Of a stretch of DNA of 64,000 nt, positions 61,956-64,000 are shown in pieces; positions within the stretch are counted from its first letter, which is position 1; every line of letters begins with the position of its first letter. Below the pieces are notes generated by a model. The model searched no databases. It worked only from the letters and a program-made list of their open reading frames with translations, and was not told the origin of the DNA. The stretch is from sequence record LC727698.1; one strand, 5' to 3'. Position numbers and translations under genes: made by a program.

Positions 61956-63866
61956 ATGAAATTAGGAAAATTTAATCATAACGGAAATTTACATATAAAA
62001 TATAGACCGGCGCCGTTAGTCGATGTAGGTCCTGTCCTACAATATAAATTTCTAGCAAATGAACCATTAGACGAAGCAACAGAATCGATGTCAATTTCGT
62101 CTGGCACAGTTTCTATACAAAATAGTTCGATGTATACTTCTGGCAGCACAGTAAACAATTATTTCTATAGAAAATTACCTAGTATACTTAAAAATACCAA
62201 ATTTACAATAGAACTGACAATAAGGTCAGAAGGCGAAATTCCGTCTACTAGTAATATAATAGGTACATGGAATCCATCTAACGAATTTTGGTTGTTATCT
62301 GTAATTAACAACAATTTAGTATTTCAATGGAATAATGGAACTGCTACTGCCGGTACTAGACAAGTATTTACATTCAGTAATGTACAAGTACCTTCAGACC
62401 AAGACGTTCATTTAGCCGTATGTAGAGATGACACTATGTTATATGGATTTGTAAATGGACAACTAGCAGGTTCGTTTGAAGTGTCATTTGCAGGGCATAC
62501 TAATGTTGTATCGGGGTCTATATTCTCTACAAGAAGCATGGCCACCACAAATAACTATTTTAATGGATATAGAAAAAATATTAGAATAGTAAATGACAAG
62601 GCATTGTATGTTGCACCATTCACACTAGCTAGCGTAACTATGGCTGATGTAAAGCCAGACTACTATACCCCGGAAGATGCTAGCTTAGTAGTAGGTCAAA
62701 TAACATGTAAACGAAATTCATTGTTCCAAGAAACTATGAATACTCCTACTTTACTACTTACAGGTTTATCTAATTCTACAACAGGACGATTTGTAACAAC
62801 TACTAATAATACTTCTGGCTTCCAATTTTCTCCTGTAACAAATTGGCAATCTGGCGATTATACAATAGAATTATATATAAACTTATCTACAGTAGGCGCC
62901 GGCGGTGCCATACTAATAGGTCAATGGACATCTTCGGGTGGCACTGACATCGGATGGTCTATCTCTATGCAACAAAATGGAAGCGTCAGACATTTCTATT
63001 CCACAGACGGATTATACGACCAAGCAAACGGTAACTCTGGAGTATTGCAAGCACCTAATGGTACTTTAGTATTAAACAAAGATACCCATGTATGTGCAAT
63101 GCGGAAAAATGGGGTAATAGGATTATTTGTAGATGGTGTTAGACTAGCCCAGGTAAACGAGGCAAGGCCATTATGGAATAGTCAAATACCCATTAGAAAC
63201 ACATGGACTGCGCCAGCAGATGGATATGCGTTAGCAGAACGCTGGAATATAAGATGTATTTCTAAAGCAATGTATGATATAGACGGTTTCGTTCCGCCGG
63301 TTCGTTTACCTACATTTCCTAATTTATTAACAAATACAGGTAGTTATTCGCGCTCTGCATTGTCTGGTACAACTACTACAGCAGATACAATGGGAAATAT
63401 TATACAATTTAATTCCTCCGGACAAACATCCGGCGGCGGCTACCAAAAATATTTTATATATGGTTCTAAAAAAGTAGAAATAATAGGAAATACCATATCT
63501 TCAGATTCAACACAACAAATGAGATATGGTTTAACAAACACAACTCCTACCACATTTGCAGAGTCAGAATCTGATTTTAATTCCGGTACATTCCCATATG
63601 CGTATGCCGATAGAATTAACAGTGTCATTCAAATAGTTAAACAAGGTAGTGTTATAGGTAGTTTGCCTCATTCTACTGCCAACCATACCTTTAAAATAAC
63701 ATATGATTTCGAAAATAATCAGTTTACTTATGAAGTTACTTCTGGCACTGCACAAGGACAATCTGTTACTACAAGTCTAGATTCTACAATAACACAGAAT
63801 ACTAAGTTTGCAGTATGTGGGACCAAATCTAATATACAAATAACTTCTGTAAAAATACAACAATAA
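61956..63866 (+). CDS. LamG/concanavalin A-like lectin domain protein
   Basis: Two (F/Y)TIEL...IG.W...W.....H(L/V)....R.....F(V)(N/D)G modules plus a third beta domain. Confidence 0.8.
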   Translation: MKLGKFNHNGNLHIKYRPAPLVDVGPVLQYKFLANEPLDEATESMSISSGTVSIQNSSMYTSGSTVNNYFYRKLPSILKNTKFTIELTIRSEGEIPSTSNIIGTWNPSNEFWLLSVINNNLVFQWNNGTATAGTRQVFTFSNVQVPSDQDVHLAVCRDDTMLYGFVNGQLAGSFEVSFAGHTNVVSGSIFSTRSMATTNNYFNGYRKNIRIVNDKALYVAPFTLASVTMADVKPDYYTPEDASLVVGQITCKRNSLFQETMNTPTLLLTGLSNSTTGRFVTTTNNTSGFQFSPVTNWQSGDYTIELYINLSTVGAGGAILIGQWTSSGGTDIGWSISMQQNGSVRHFYSTDGLYDQANGNSGVLQAPNGTLVLNKDTHVCAMRKNGVIGLFVDGVRLAQVNEARPLWNSQIPIRNTWTAPADGYALAERWNIRCISKAMYDIDGFVPPVRLPTFPNLLTNTGSYSRSALSGTTTTADTMGNIIQFNSSGQTSGGGYQKYFIYGSKKVEIIGNTISSDSTQQMRYGLTNTTPTTFAESESDFNSGTFPYAYADRINSVIQIVKQGSVIGSLPHSTANHTFKITYDFENNQFTYEVTSGTAQGQSVTTSLDSTITQNTKFAVCGTKSNIQITSVKIQQ

Positions 63867-63891
63867 GTCCTTTAAATTAGGAAAAATTTCA

Positions 63892-63920
63892 TTGACTAAC
63901 TCCGTTTACACTAGTATAAT
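63892..63920 (+). promoter_or_regulatory. sigma70 promoter
   Basis: TTGACT-17-TATAAT. Confidence 0.85.
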
Positions 63921-63946
63921 ATATGCAATGTTTAACGGAGTTAACA

Positions 63947-64000
63947 ATGACTGACATTAATCCAAATTCTCGCCACTACTCTGCTGAAGACGTCCGGCGA
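63947..64000 (+). CDS. 3'-truncated early protein (MTDINPNSRHYSAEDVRR...)
   Basis: GGAG RBS 6 nt upstream, open to the window end. Confidence 0.65.
   Translation, partial: MTDINPNSRHYSAEDVRR

Noticed and set aside
3304-63761. Most minus-strand ORFs in the track, and short alternative-frame ORFs inside genes
   Set aside because: They are shadows of well-supported plus-strand genes with no RBS, promoter or motif; only 27562-27933, 28911-29141 and phoH are accepted on the minus strand
1-64000. Stop-codon reassignment as in some jumbo phages
   Set aside because: Conserved genes are full length and coding density is high under code 11; TAG ends several genes
1-64000. tRNA or tmRNA genes
   Set aside because: No intergenic GTTCRA T-loop with a cloverleaf was found by eye; tRNAscan and ARAGORN were not run

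Overview
AT-rich, densely coding, almost entirely plus-strand 64 kb segment of a large lytic tailed dsDNA phage. The T4-type late promoter core TAAATA, NrdAB, clamp loader, ATP-dependent ligase, PAAR tip and giant tail fibres point to a T4-distant jumbo myovirus; placing it with GAP32/RaK2/XacN1/Atu_ph07-type phages is inference from gene content, not a database result. Layout: ~0-8 kb late head-associated proteins, a Pol-beta-type nucleotidyltransferase and a Cas4/RecB-like exonuclease; ~8-43.5 kb nucleotide metabolism (nrdA, nrdB, thyA, dCMP deaminase, MazG, HAD), folE plus two different QueD homologues, ribosomal protein bS21, SOD, PhoH, a stand-alone DnaE fragment and a near-complete protein quality-control set (ClpX, ClpA, ClpS, ClpP, FtsH with a YccA-like neighbour, Hsp20, DnaJ-type, GroES); ~43.6-63.9 kb tail-fibre/virion genes, a holin-like gene, a HIGH-type nucleotidyltransferase, and Kelch and LamG proteins. 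About 15 sigma70-type promoters, about a dozen late promoters and many palindromic terminators are readable. Top leads: (1) the phage proteostasis/N-degron network, with clpA and clpP GC-shifted and sigma70-driven; (2) a holin locus with a lambda-like dual start, a structured leader and a convergent antisense sigma70 promoter; (3) a ROSE-like thermometer ahead of hsp20 and an RBS-occluding leader ahead of folE; (4) a PAAR-peptidase M15 fusion; (5) a GcrA sigma-interacting-domain-only protein; (6) a DnaE fragment ending just before the catalytic aspartates. No tRNA, rRNA, CRISPR array, intron, intein or transposon was recognised. All calls are by motif reading only; no searches were run.
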